Source: an uncultured delta proteobacterium
GTDB lineage: Bacteria; Myxococcota_A; Polyangia; Fen-1088
Assembly: GCA_963737265.1 (NCBI GenBank)
Contig: CAVTRY010000011.1
Span: forward strand, 1,024,001 to 1,088,000
Direction: 5' to 3'
Length of the DNA stretch: 64,000 nt
Shown: one piece after another, positions 31,126 through 41,022 of the stretch
Layout: each line of letters starts with the position of its first letter
How positions within the stretch are numbered: the stretch's first letter is position 1
The notes under the pieces: generated by a model
The model's input: the letters and a program-made list of their open reading frames with translations, nothing else
Databases searched by the model: none
Told to the model about the DNA's origin: nothing
Translations under genes and position numbers: made by a program

Positions 31126-31262
31126 CGGGTACCCTGTCCGAGGGTACTTTGGGACAACCGAAGAGATTCTTCGAACGGTGGATGCGTCCGAATTCCGGAC
31201 GTTGGGATACGCAGGCCAAGTTCGAGCTTGTGCGGCGACGGGTCGGGTGCAAGGATTGCCGT

Positions 31263-31488
31263 GTGATTGAGAGAATCCTGCGTGTGGCCCACAGCTTCGA
31301 GGAGGTCGAAGAATTCGACCGCCAGGACATGGCTCGCTTGAGTCTCGAAGAGCGCGTCTCCGCGGTTGAACAATTGAGGAGGATTTGGTTCGGTGAAGCT
31401 AAAGCTCAATCCCGACTGGACCGAATTCTTGTCGCTACTAATCTCGAAGCGCGTTCGCTTCGTGCTGGTGGGGGGCCACGCGGTGGCA
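31263..31488 (+). pseudogene. Small protein plus truncated nucleotidyltransferase 5' end (TA-like remnant)
   Basis: SFEEVEEFDRQDMARLSLEERVSAVEQLRR, followed from 31393 by LNPDWTEFLSLLISKRVRFVLVGGHAVA, which then breaks off. Confidence 0.55.
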
Positions 31489-31489
31489 C

Positions 31490-31741
31490 TGTCGCCGCAC
31501 GGTGGTCAGAAGTAGTTGGAAGCTGGTGCCTTCGCTGCCAAGGCGGCGCTGCAAGGTGCGCTCGCTTACGCCCAGCTCCCGCGCCACCGCCGGAATGTCA
31601 GGCCGCCCCCCACCCAGATGGTGGACCAGCAACCACCTAACCGTGTCGCCAAACGAGTGGGGGCGCTGCTGCTCGGCGAGCGCCTGGTCGAGGGCCGCAG
31701 TCAATAGGTCCAGCAGCTCGGTGTTATAGGCGGTGAAGGCA
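31490..31741 (-). pseudogene. Internal fragment of an AraC-family regulator
   Basis: PDIPAVARELGVSERTLQRRLGSEGTSFQLLL (first HTH); cut at the IS21 end and lacking the second HTH. Confidence 0.8.
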
Positions 31742-31853
31742 TGCTGAGCGACAATTACATCTCCCCAAAGACGACAGCTACGTCGCCCCGCTTTGAGGCG
31801 CGACGGTGACCGTGAGGTAGACCTCCAAGCCCGCAAGCGGGCAGGAGGCACCT

Positions 31854-33353
31854 TTGAAGCCGGTCACCGACGCCCAAGTGAGGCGTTTGATGGAAGAGAT
31901 GAGCAAGATTGGAAAAGTAGGCCAGGCCGCCATGAAGGCGGGCATGGACCGGAAGACAGGGCGGCGATACATCGCCGCGGGCAAGCTACCGTCGGAGCTA
32001 CGGCAGCCGCGGTGGTGGCGGACGCGCCCTGACGCGTTCGCCGAGGACTGGCCAGCCGTGGCCAAGTTGCTGGAGGAAACGCCTGGGCTGGAGGCTCAGA
32101 CGGTGCTGGAGCTGCTGGAGGCGAAGCAGCCAGGGCGGTACAACGAGAGCCATCTTCGGACAATGCAGCGGCGAATCCGTCGCTGGCGGGCCGAGCATGG
32201 TCCTGCGCGTGAGATTTGGTTCACGCAGGCGCATCGGCCCGGTGAAGCCGCGCAAACCGACTTCACGTCGACGGCGGAGCTTGGTGTGACGATCGTGGGC
32301 CAGCTATTTGTGCACCTTTTGTGCGTGACGGTGCTGCCGTACTCGAACTGGCAATGGGCGACCGCGTGTCTGTCGGAGTCTCTGGCAGCGCTTCGGCGAG
32401 GGATCCAGTCGGCGCTGTTCCAGCTTGGGCGGGTGCCGCGATACCACCAAACCGACCACTCGACGGCGGCGACACATCAGATCGCTCGCGATGCGGAAGA
32501 TCGCACTTTCAACGATGAATACAAGGCGGTCATGCGGCACCTCGGAATGGAGCCACGAACTACAGCCGTCGGGGCCAAGGAACAAAACGGCGATGTGGAG
32601 GCCAGCAACGGCGCGCTCAAGCGTCGGCTTGAACAAGCGTTGCTGGTGCGTGGCAGCCGCGACTTCGCGGACCAAGACGACTACGAACGCTTCGTAGCCA
32701 AGGTGGTCCGCAAAGCCAACGCTTCGCGAGGCCCGCGCGTCGCCGAGGAGATCGAAGCCATGCGGCCGCTGGTGGTGGAGCGTTTGCCGGAGTACGCAGA
32801 AATGACGGCACCTGTGGCGTCGACGAGCACCATCCGGGTCAAGTCGTGCGCCTACTCGGTGCCGTCGAGGCTGATCGGCGCACGGGTGAGAGTCCGCGTG
32901 TTCGAGCACCGAATCGAGGTGTACTACGCCGACAACTTGGAATTGGCCTGCGACAGGCTGCGAGGCAAGACCGCGCGCATCGACTACCGGCACGTCATCT
33001 GGTCTTTGGTGCGCAAGCCGGGCGCGTTTTCTCGCTACGTCTACCGAGAAGAGCTGTTTCCAAGCGTGACTTTCAGGCGGGCATACGACGCGATCCAGGC
33101 GACCAAGCCTGGAATCAAAGGCGACGTTGAATACCTGCGCATTCTTCACCTGGCCGCCAGCACGATGGAAGCCGATGTCGAGCAAGCGCTCACGACTCTG
33201 CTTGCCGATGGGACCATCTTGACGGCGGATGCAACCAAGAAGAGATGCACACAGGCGACGGACAGTACCTATCCACCGAGCGTCCCCGCGCTCGAAGCAC
33301 CGCTGGTCGATCTCGCGTCCTACGACCTGCTCCTCGAACAGGTGGCATCATGA
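31854..33353 (+). CDS. istA: IS21 transposase IstA
   Basis: HRPGEAAQTDFT, QTDHSTAA, EQNGDVEASN (DDE), YSVPSRLIG. Confidence 0.93.
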   Translation: MKPVTDAQVRRLMEEMSKIGKVGQAAMKAGMDRKTGRRYIAAGKLPSELRQPRWWRTRPDAFAEDWPAVAKLLEETPGLEAQTVLELLEAKQPGRYNESHLRTMQRRIRRWRAEHGPAREIWFTQAHRPGEAAQTDFTSTAELGVTIVGQLFVHLLCVTVLPYSNWQWATACLSESLAALRRGIQSALFQLGRVPRYHQTDHSTAATHQIARDAEDRTFNDEYKAVMRHLGMEPRTTAVGAKEQNGDVEASNGALKRRLEQALLVRGSRDFADQDDYERFVAKVVRKANASRGPRVAEEIEAMRPLVVERLPEYAEMTAPVASTSTIRVKSCAYSVPSRLIGARVRVRVFEHRIEVYYADNLELACDRLRGKTARIDYRHVIWSLVRKPGAFSRYVYREELFPSVTFRRAYDAIQATKPGIKGDVEYLRILHLAASTMEADVEQALTTLLADGTILTADATKKRCTQATDSTYPPSVPALEAPLVDLASYDLLLEQVAS

Positions 33354-34198
33354 CCAACGTCTCCGTAGACACGGTCAAGCCGAGCGCGCTCGACGCTCTG
33401 CTGGTGCTTCTGCGCGCGCTCAAGCTGCCTGCCTTCACCCGGCACGCCGAGGAGATCGCGATCAAGGCCAGCCGCGAGGGGTGGACCTTCAGCCAATACC
33501 TCCAGCACCTGGCCGAACTGGAAATCGAAGAGCGCCGAACCCGTCGCATCGATCGCGCGCTTCGCGATTCGGACCTTCCCACGGAGAAAACCCTGGCCAC
33601 CCTGGAACGTGGTCGGCTGTCACCCAAGGTGATGAAGCAGATGGCGAGCCTGTGTGAGGGTGGCTTTGTCGAACGTGGGGAGAACCTGCTCGTCTTCGGA
33701 CTGCCCGGCCGAGGCAAAAGTCACGTTGTGGCTGCCATCGGCCACGAACTCATCCGGCGCGGCTACCGGGTCCTCTTCACGCCGACCTTCGCGCTTGTCC
33801 AGAGGCTGCTGGCCGCCAAGCGCGACCTTCGCCTGGAACGAGAACTGGCCGCGCTCGACATCTATCACGCCGTGATCCTCGACGACATCGGCTACGTCCA
33901 GCAGAGCCGCGATGAAATGGAGGTCCTTTTCACCTTCCTGGCCGAGCGGTACGAACGCAAGAGCGTCCTCATCACCAGCAACCTGGTCTTCAGCGATTGG
34001 ATCCGCATTTTCAAGGATCCCATGACCACCGCCGCCGCCATCGACCGACTGGTCCACCACGCGGTCATCCTTGAGATGACCGGCCCCAGCTACCGCAGCG
34101 AAGAAGCACGAAAGAGAGGCGTCACCACCCCAGCGACAACTACGACAACTACCGATCAACCAACGACAACTACCCCCGACAACAATGGGGCGATGTAA
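33350..34198 (+). CDS. istB: IS21 helper ATPase IstB
   Basis: GLPGRGKSH, ILDDIGY, ITSNL, AAIDRLVHH; ATGA overlap with istA. Confidence 0.95.
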   Translation: MTNVSVDTVKPSALDALLVLLRALKLPAFTRHAEEIAIKASREGWTFSQYLQHLAELEIEERRTRRIDRALRDSDLPTEKTLATLERGRLSPKVMKQMASLCEGGFVERGENLLVFGLPGRGKSHVVAAIGHELIRRGYRVLFTPTFALVQRLLAAKRDLRLERELAALDIYHAVILDDIGYVQQSRDEMEVLFTFLAERYERKSVLITSNLVFSDWIRIFKDPMTTAAAIDRLVHHAVILEMTGPSYRSEEARKRGVTTPATTTTTTDQPTTTTPDNNGAM

Positions 34199-34302
34199 TT
34201 GACGTCACCGGGTGAATGTAGTTGACGTCCAGCACGGCACCAGATCTACAGAGCGCGGCTGTCCATTTCCACCGTGCTGCTGGGCGCGGACAAGCCCCAT
34301 GG

Positions 34303-34863
<561 letters not shown>

Positions 34864-34867
34864 GACG

Positions 34868-35233
34868 CTACTCTTGCCTGACGATGTCGACCGAGATCTC
34901 CACCGCCGGAATCGTTCCTCTGTTCTCGAGCCAGTGCGTGGTGTTCCTATCCTCGGGCCAACCGACACCCGGCCCGTAATCCGTGGCAACTCCATTTCGG
35001 TGGTCCGTGATCGTTCCTTGCAGGATGTAGACGGTGCCTGGCCTACCTTTGTGGTCGTGAATCGGACCGAAGACGCCTCCAGGCTCCATGGTCACTATAC
35101 GCATTCGAAGTTGGCGCCCCGCCATGCCCTCGATCTCAGGGCCAAGGTCAACCGTGGCGAGTAACTTCACCGAAATAGCTTTCGTTTCAGGTGCCACCTG
35201 TTCGTTGCTCATCAACGTCTGCGTGTTCGACAT
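34868..35233 (-). CDS. Cupin-domain protein
   Basis: PIHDHKGRPGTVYILQG, HWLENRG. Confidence 0.88.
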   Translation of the reverse strand: MSNTQTLMSNEQVAPETKAISVKLLATVDLGPEIEGMAGRQLRMRIVTMEPGGVFGPIHDHKGRPGTVYILQGTITDHRNGVATDYGPGVGWPEDRNTTHWLENRGTIPAVEISVDIVRQE

Positions 35234-35378
35234 GAATCCTCCGGAGTACCTATGTGTACTTTACGAATAGATGCATGAAATGCTGTTGAGGCTCGCAGAA
35301 ACAGGATGCTGCTCCACCTGTCCACCCGCTCAGCGCTCCCTTCCTGGTATAGAGCACTGCAAGGTCGATCAGCCGCCG

Positions 35379-35780
35379 TCACCAGATCGTATCGAGATCC
35401 GCGGCGCGGATCTTTCTGTCCCTGGTCACGAGAGGAAGACCCAGGTGGAGCGCTGTCGCTGCGATGATTCTGTCGGGCATGTCGGGGACGCTATCCCGGT
35501 CAACCCTTGCCACGGCGTCAGCCACGCCGCGGTCAATCGCCGCCAGCACGAGTCCCGACGCAGGATCGTCGATCAGGCTGGTCACGCGCGCTCTTGCAGC
35601 CTCGGGTAGACGCCCCTTCTCCACGAGGTAGGTCAACTCGATCAAGCTGACAGCCGGCACATGCAGCGGCTCACCCGCAGCAAGGGCGGCGTCGAGTCGA
35701 TTTCGCGCGGTAACCGAAAGGCGCGGCGAACCGAGCAGATACCAGACGAGTGCGTGGGTATCGACAACCATGCCTGCCAT
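35379..35780 (-). CDS. vapC: VapC/PIN-domain toxin
   Basis: VDTHALVW, SLIE, DMPDRIIAATA, LVTRD. Confidence 0.92.
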   Translation of the reverse strand: MAGMVVDTHALVWYLLGSPRLSVTARNRLDAALAAGEPLHVPAVSLIELTYLVEKGRLPEAARARVTSLIDDPASGLVLAAIDRGVADAVARVDRDSVPDMPDRIIAATALHLGLPLVTRDRKIRAADLDTIW

Positions 35781-36004
35781 TAGAGATCCCGGCGTGGAAA
35801 TTCGGCCCAGGCCTCGCGCCTGGCTTGGTTGATGTCCTCGGCCGACAGATCGACGCCCAGATCAGCCAACGCGCCGGACAAGCTCTTGTGTGGCGTGCCC
35901 CGGCCCAAGCGAGTCTCGAGGAACTCGACGAAGTCCAGCACCTCGCGCTGCCCCTCTGGCGGCAGCGCCTTGGCTTTGGCCACAAGGATCTCCATGGTCG
36001 TCAT
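35780..36004 (-). CDS. DUF2281-like antitoxin
   Basis: LPPEGQREVLDFVEFL; coupled to PIN gene; TATCAT 6 nt upstream of the ATG. Confidence 0.8.
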   Translation of the reverse strand: MTTMEILVAKAKALPPEGQREVLDFVEFLETRLGRGTPHKSLSGALADLGVDLSAEDINQARREAWAEFPRRDL

Positions 36005-36088
36005 GCCCCTATGATACCCGAGCCGTGAGGAAGGAAAACCCCGAAGTCCGAAACCGCCCTCGGCCGGGGTTCGCCCATCCGTGCTAAC

Positions 36089-36988
36089 GTGCTTTGCAAT
36101 GACCTCCCACGCTTCATTGCCAAGGGCAGTCAGCTGGTGGATCCTGCCCGAGCGAGCCTGGCCCTTTGCCTTGCACTCGGCTGCGTATTCAATGTCGCGT
36201 GCGCATCCACGCTGCCGGCATACCCAGGCCCACGCAGGCCAACCCAGACAGTGGCTCGTCTGCACGCCCGAGACGTCGACATCGAGGAGGTCGATGGCTA
36301 CCGAGGAGGATGGACCGCCTCGGACTTCGAAATCGCCCCCGGAACGCATTCGGCTCTGGTGCGAATCGTGGGCAGACGGGAGCATGTGGCAGTCTCATCC
36401 GGGGTGTTGCGGGTCTGTTTCGTCTCCGAGGCGGGCCACACCTACGCGGTCATTCCCCGGATGGCCGCAACCGGTGTTGGGCAGGGGCCGTGGCTCCCCC
36501 GTATCGCGGATGAAACGGTGAATGCCTGGGTGCCATCGAAGTCCCTCAACGCCGAGGAGACCGCGTGCTCCGAGCAATCGATGGAGCCAGTCTTCCGTAT
36601 CGCCTGGCCCCTTGGGATCGGGAACATCCGTTCGAATGCGATGGAGCAACGGAAAGGCTACTTCCAACAGGTCAAAGCGCATGTCGAGCCGCAGTGGAGG
36701 CCCATCGAGGAGTATGCCCGAAGAAACCCCACTGATCCCGATCTGGGCATGCGCAAGTGGGCGACGGTGCTGCATGTCCAGTTGCGCGCCGACGGCTCGC
36801 TCATGAATGTGCAGATCGCGGTGCCGTCGGGCTCCCCTGTGCTGGACGAAATCGCTGTCTCTGCCGTGCAACAAGCCCAACCTTTCCCGGCACCATCCCC
36901 CGATCTGGTCAAGCCAACCGGCATGACGACCATCCCACTGGCCTTCGAAATCAACGGGGCTGGAAAGTCGGCGATGGCCAATCCATAG
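36089..36988 (+). CDS. Putative lipoprotein with C-terminal TonB/TolA-like domain
   Basis: Hydrophobic N-terminus ending in VAC; YFQQVKAHV..W, SGSPVLDEIAVSAVQQAQPFPAP; start uncertain. Confidence 0.7.
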   Translation: MLCNDLPRFIAKGSQLVDPARASLALCLALGCVFNVACASTLPAYPGPRRPTQTVARLHARDVDIEEVDGYRGGWTASDFEIAPGTHSALVRIVGRREHVAVSSGVLRVCFVSEAGHTYAVIPRMAATGVGQGPWLPRIADETVNAWVPSKSLNAEETACSEQSMEPVFRIAWPLGIGNIRSNAMEQRKGYFQQVKAHVEPQWRPIEEYARRNPTDPDLGMRKWATVLHVQLRADGSLMNVQIAVPSGSPVLDEIAVSAVQQAQPFPAPSPDLVKPTGMTTIPLAFEINGAGKSAMANP

Positions 36989-37017
36989 CTGTGGCAGGAG
37001 GGCGGCCAGCCGCGGTC

Positions 37018-37129
37018 ACAATCAGGCCTCGCTCCTGTCCCCGCCAGCGGCCGAAACGCTGCCTCCATCATTTCGCAAGTCACAGCACCCGTCCGAGGTG
37101 ACGTTGATGGAATACCGAAGGGGGCGCAT
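37018..37129 (-). pseudogene. 5' fragment of a DHFR/RibD-C family gene with an internal deletion
   Basis: MRPLRYSINVTSDGCC joined directly to EMMEAAFRPLAGTGA, matching two separate parts of 34303-34863. Confidence 0.8.
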
Positions 37130-37693
37130 TACGTGACGCCGACGGGGTGGACCAGCAAGGTTAGCCCGTGGGACGTCACCCAGCTTCTTGCCCCCGGTGA
37201 TACAATGCCGCCACCGATGCATCCTTGTGCTCACCGACCCCAAAGGCTGAACCATGGCGAAAACTAGCGACAAGGCCGCGAAGCCCAAGGTCGCCGCCAA
37301 GGAATCCCCGCAGTCGGGCGCCAACCTCGGGTTCGAGGCCAAGCTGTGGCTGACCGCCGATAAGCTTCGCAACAACATGGACGCGGCGGAATACAAGCAC
37401 GTCGTCCTCGGCCTCATCTTCCTCAAGTACATCTCGGACACCTTCGACGAACATCACGCCAAGCTGGTCGCGGGCAAGGGCGACTACGCGGGCGCCAACC
37501 CCGAGGACAAGGACGAGTACAAAGCCGAGAACGTCTTCTGGGTGCCCAAGGAAGCGCGCTGGGCGTACCTGCAGGCCAGCGCAAAGCAGCCTACCGTCGG
37601 CAAGGTGGTGGACGACGCCATGGTCTGAAGTGGACCCCAAAAATGGGACCAGGAGCTAAGGTGTAGTCCGCCTCAACAACGAGGCAGGACACG

Positions 37694-37987
37694 ATGAAAA
37701 CGAACCGCCAAAAGCACACAGCACTCTTCAAGGCGCAGGTAGCTCTCGAAGCCATGCGGGAGCAGGCAACGGTTGTGGAGATCGGGCGCCGATACAAGAT
37801 CAACCCGAACCTGGTTCACAAGTGGAAGAAGGAAGCCGTCACACGGCTGGCCATGGTTTTCGAACCAGGCCATGCAAATGCAGAGGAATCGGCGAACGCC
37901 GAACGCGAATCGGAATTGCTGCGCAAGGTGGGGCAGCTGACGCTGGAGAATGATTTTTTAGCACGCGGGCTCGCGCGCATTCGCTGA
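37694..37987 (+). CDS. IS3 transposase OrfA
   Basis: Protein identical to 1106-1399. Confidence 0.93.
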   Translation: MKTNRQKHTALFKAQVALEAMREQATVVEIGRRYKINPNLVHKWKKEAVTRLAMVFEPGHANAEESANAERESELLRKVGQLTLENDFLARGLARIR

Positions 37988-38001
37988 CGGAGAAGCGCGC
38001 C

Positions 38002-38838
38002 ATGATCGAGCCCCACAACGACCTATCTGTCCGTCGGCAGTGCGAGCTGCTGAATCTTGCGAGATCGGGCATCTACTGGGAGCCGATGCCGATGGCAGAG
38101 GAAGATCTGGCCATCTGCAAGGAGCTGGACAAGCTGCATCTCGAATTGCCAGCATTCGGCAGCCGGAAGCTGTCACGGTTGCTAAAGGCACAGGGGCAGA
38201 CGGTGAATCGCAAACGGGTGCAGAGACTGATGCGAATCATGGGCATCGAAGCGCTGGCGCCCAAACCGCGGACGACCGTGCCCGCGCCGGAACATACGAA
38301 ATTCCCGTACTTGCTGCGCCATCTCGCGATCATTCGGCCCAATCAGGTGTGGGCCTCGGATATCACGTACATCCCGACGAGACAGGGGCATTGCTACCTG
38401 GTCGCCGTGATGGATTGGTACACGCGCCGGGTTCTGTCCTGGCGCATTTCAAACACGATGGACAGCCGTTTTTGCATCGAGGTCGTGGAAGAAGCTCTTG
38501 CGAACTTCGGCTTGCCGGAGATCTTCAACACCGACCAGGGGTCGCAGTTTACCGACGACAACTTCACATCGGTTTTGCTGGACAAGGGCGTAAAGGTCAG
38601 CATGGACGGTCGCGGCCGATTCATGGACAACATCTTCGTCGAGCGTCTATGGCGGTCTGTCAAATGCGAGGAGGTCTACTTGAACGACTACCGAGACGTG
38701 GCCGACGCCCGCAGTGGCATCGCGATCTACCTGGACAAGTACAACCACAGGCGGCCTCACCAAACCCTTGGATTTCAGACACCCGTAGCGTTTTACGAAT
38801 TCGAACTAAAGAAGTCGGCGATGAAAGAGGCCGCCTAA
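38002..38838 (+). CDS. IS3 transposase OrfB
   Basis: Protein identical to 255-1091. Confidence 0.95.
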   Translation: MIEPHNDLSVRRQCELLNLARSGIYWEPMPMAEEDLAICKELDKLHLELPAFGSRKLSRLLKAQGQTVNRKRVQRLMRIMGIEALAPKPRTTVPAPEHTKFPYLLRHLAIIRPNQVWASDITYIPTRQGHCYLVAVMDWYTRRVLSWRISNTMDSRFCIEVVEEALANFGLPEIFNTDQGSQFTDDNFTSVLLDKGVKVSMDGRGRFMDNIFVERLWRSVKCEEVYLNDYRDVADARSGIAIYLDKYNHRRPHQTLGFQTPVAFYEFELKKSAMKEAA

Positions 38839-39346
38839 ATCGCCGCTGCATCATGCTGATGGCACGCTGCCCACAACTGCAACGCGTTCACCTGCTTCTG
38901 TGGGGCCGTGCGCGCATTGCATCCGTGGACAGCAGCCATCAGCATGCCTCCGCTCTCAACAATTTCCTTGCCGGCGAGGCTCACCCGGATCTACAAACAA
39001 ACCCACGCGGACTCTCTCTTAGCTCGGGCCATTTCTGGTCCTACCAAAGGGGTCCACTTCAGTCGCCATCGAGCGCGACAACCCGCGCCTCAAGGGCGTC
39101 CTGCCCAAAGAGTACGCCCGCCCCGGCCTCGACAAGCACCGCCTGGGCGAGCTCATCGACCTCATCGGCACCATCGGACTCGGCGACCGCGAGAACCGCG
39201 CCAAGGACATCCTGGGCCGTGCGTACGAATACTTCCTTACCCAGTTCGCCAGCGCCGAGGGCAAGAACGGCGGCCAGTTCTACACCCCGTCCTGTGTCGT
39301 GCGCTGCCTGGTCGCCATGCTCGCGCCATACAAGGGCCGAATCTAC

Positions 39347-39382
<36 letters not shown>

Positions 39383-39762
39383 TCCGAGAAGTTCGTGGAA
39401 GCCCACGGCGGCAAGCTGGGCGACATCAGCATCTACGGCCAAGAGAGCAACGCCACCACCCGCCGCCTGGCCGTGATGAACCTTGCCCTGCGTGGCATCG
39501 AAGCCGACTTCGGCCCCGAGCACGCCGACACCTTCCGCCGCGACCTGCACCCCGACCTGCGCGCCGACTACGTCCCGGCCAATCCGCCCTTCAACGACTC
39601 GGACTGGTTCCGCAAGGACGACGACGTGCGCTGGCAGTTCGGCAGCCCGCCCAAGGGCACCACCACGTCGGCGCGGAGGAAGTGGAAGATGATGGCGAGC
39701 CGTTTGGCGAGAAGATGGCGAGACTGGTAGCTGAGCTAAGCGGGCAATTCGCCGAGGGAGCC

Positions 39763-39816
39763 AAGCTGGAGAAGGCCATCAAGGCGAACCTGAAGGGGCT
39801 GGGGTATGGAGGCTAA
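39763..39816 (+). repeat. hsdM 3'-end segment, copy A of a 54-bp direct repeat
   Basis: About 46/54 identical by eye to 40969-41022. Confidence 0.85.
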
Positions 39817-39831
39817 CGTCCGGAGATTCCG

Positions 39832-39886
39832 CCTCGCCCCGCGCAGCGGGGAGAGGCCGACGCGCGAAGCGCGGCGGGTGAGGGGC
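39832..39886. repeat. REP-like palindromic element
   Basis: Reverse complement GCCCCTCACCCGCC...CCTCTCCCCGC...GCGGGGCGAGG matches 53203-53269. Confidence 0.75.
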
Positions 39887-39939
39887 ACAGGCACGTGCTG
39901 TCATCCCGGCAAGGATTTCTCGTGACGCAATCATTTTTC

Positions 39940-39968
39940 TTGCGCGAGAAATACACCATGGGTACTTT
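39940..39968 (+). promoter_or_regulatory. Candidate sigma70 promoter of the abi leader
   Basis: TTGCGC-N17-TACTTT with T-rich sequence upstream; predicted +1 near 39975. Confidence 0.65.
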
Positions 39969-39974
39969 TGGAGA

Positions 39975-40035
39975 CAGCAAACCCGCCGGGCCTCTATCGC
40001 AAGATATGCTCTCTCTCGGCGGGTGTTTCTTTTTC
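39975..40035 (+). ncRNA. Candidate abiF-like structured RNA (antitoxin/leader)
   Basis: Outer stem ACCCGCCG/CGGCGGGT, inner TATC-GCAA-GATA GNRA hairpin, U-rich tail, directly before the Abi gene. Confidence 0.6.
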
Positions 40036-40049
40036 AGGGTGAGGATGTC

Positions 40050-40967
40050 GTGAGGTTCACGAAGCCACCCCTGAGTGTCGAACAGCAGGTCGACCTCTTG
40101 CTGACTCGGGGAATACAAGGCGATCGCGGCGAAATGCTCCAGCGCCTGACCGCCGTCAGCTACTACCGCCTTAGCGGCTACTGGTTCCACCGCAAGCTGG
40201 CCGACAACACCTTTCAGCCCGGAACCCATTTCCAGGTGGTTTGGGACCAGTACGTCTTCGATCGCAAGCTGCGGATCGTGTTCATGGACGCTATCGAACG
40301 GATCGGGGTGGGTCTGCGGACGTTCCTATCGCTTCATCACGCCCATGCGCACGGTCCCTTCGGATACACAGATGACCCGGCCTCGCTTCCCAAGTTAGAT
40401 CCATCGAGACGTGCCGACCTTCTGAAACGCATCACCGATGAGGTGCAGCGAAACCGGAAGCGGGAGCTTTTCGTGAAGCACTTCTTCGACACCTACGGCG
40501 ACCACCACACCTTGCCGCCGATCTGGGTCGCCACCGAGGTGATGAGCTTGGGTTGCGTGCTCAGCCTTTGGCAGGCCACGACCAAGAAGGTGAAGAACGA
40601 AGTTGCCCGGATGTTCAAGGTCAGCGACGAGGTGTTGAAGACGTGGCTGTGGTCGCTAAACGAAGTTCGCAACATTTGCGCCCACCATGGTCGCCTGTGG
40701 AACCGCGATTTGGGGAACAAGCCGACCATTCCACACGCCAAGCATCATCCCGACTGGCATGCACCCGTCGCCATCCCCAACCACCGGGTCTTCGCTGTCT
40801 TGACGGTTTGCGCGCATTCGTTGACGCTGCTCGCGCCCCATAGCCATTGGCAACGTCGACTGCGGGGCTTGCTGAATCAGCATCCCAAGGTGCCCATCAA
40901 GAACATGGGCTTCCCAGAGAATTGGCTCGATTGTCCGATCTGGAAAGGTACCGCCGATGCTGCTTAG
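40050..40967 (+). CDS. Abi_2 (AbiD/AbiF-like) HEPN-domain abortive infection protein
   Basis: KPPLSVEQQV, YYRLSGY, FDRKLR, PPIWVATE, HEPN motif RNICAH, RLWNR. Confidence 0.9.
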   Translation: MRFTKPPLSVEQQVDLLLTRGIQGDRGEMLQRLTAVSYYRLSGYWFHRKLADNTFQPGTHFQVVWDQYVFDRKLRIVFMDAIERIGVGLRTFLSLHHAHAHGPFGYTDDPASLPKLDPSRRADLLKRITDEVQRNRKRELFVKHFFDTYGDHHTLPPIWVATEVMSLGCVLSLWQATTKKVKNEVARMFKVSDEVLKTWLWSLNEVRNICAHHGRLWNRDLGNKPTIPHAKHHPDWHAPVAIPNHRVFAVLTVCAHSLTLLAPHSHWQRRLRGLLNQHPKVPIKNMGFPENWLDCPIWKGTADAA

Positions 40968-40968
40968 G

Positions 40969-41022
40969 AAGCTGGAGAAAGCCATCAAGGGGAATTTGAA
41001 AGGACTGGGGTATGGCGGATAA
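40969..41022 (+). repeat. hsdM 3'-end segment, copy B (contains the hsdS start)
   Basis: Encodes [17 protein letters not shown] and overlaps the ATG at 41012. Confidence 0.85.

Larger units (their letters stand above)
31742..34234 (+). mobile_element. IS21-family insertion sequence (2493 bp)
   Basis: TGCTG...CAGCA termini, repeated subterminal motifs (CAATTACATC/GATGTAATTG), istA-istB; flanks AGGCA/CGGCA are only an imperfect duplication. Confidence 0.93.
37626..39061 (+). mobile_element. IS3-family insertion sequence, copy 2 (1436 bp)
   Basis: Same IRs as copy 1; GTC duplication at 37623-25 and 39062-64; two synonymous differences from copy 1 noticed near 38268-38280. Confidence 0.97.
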
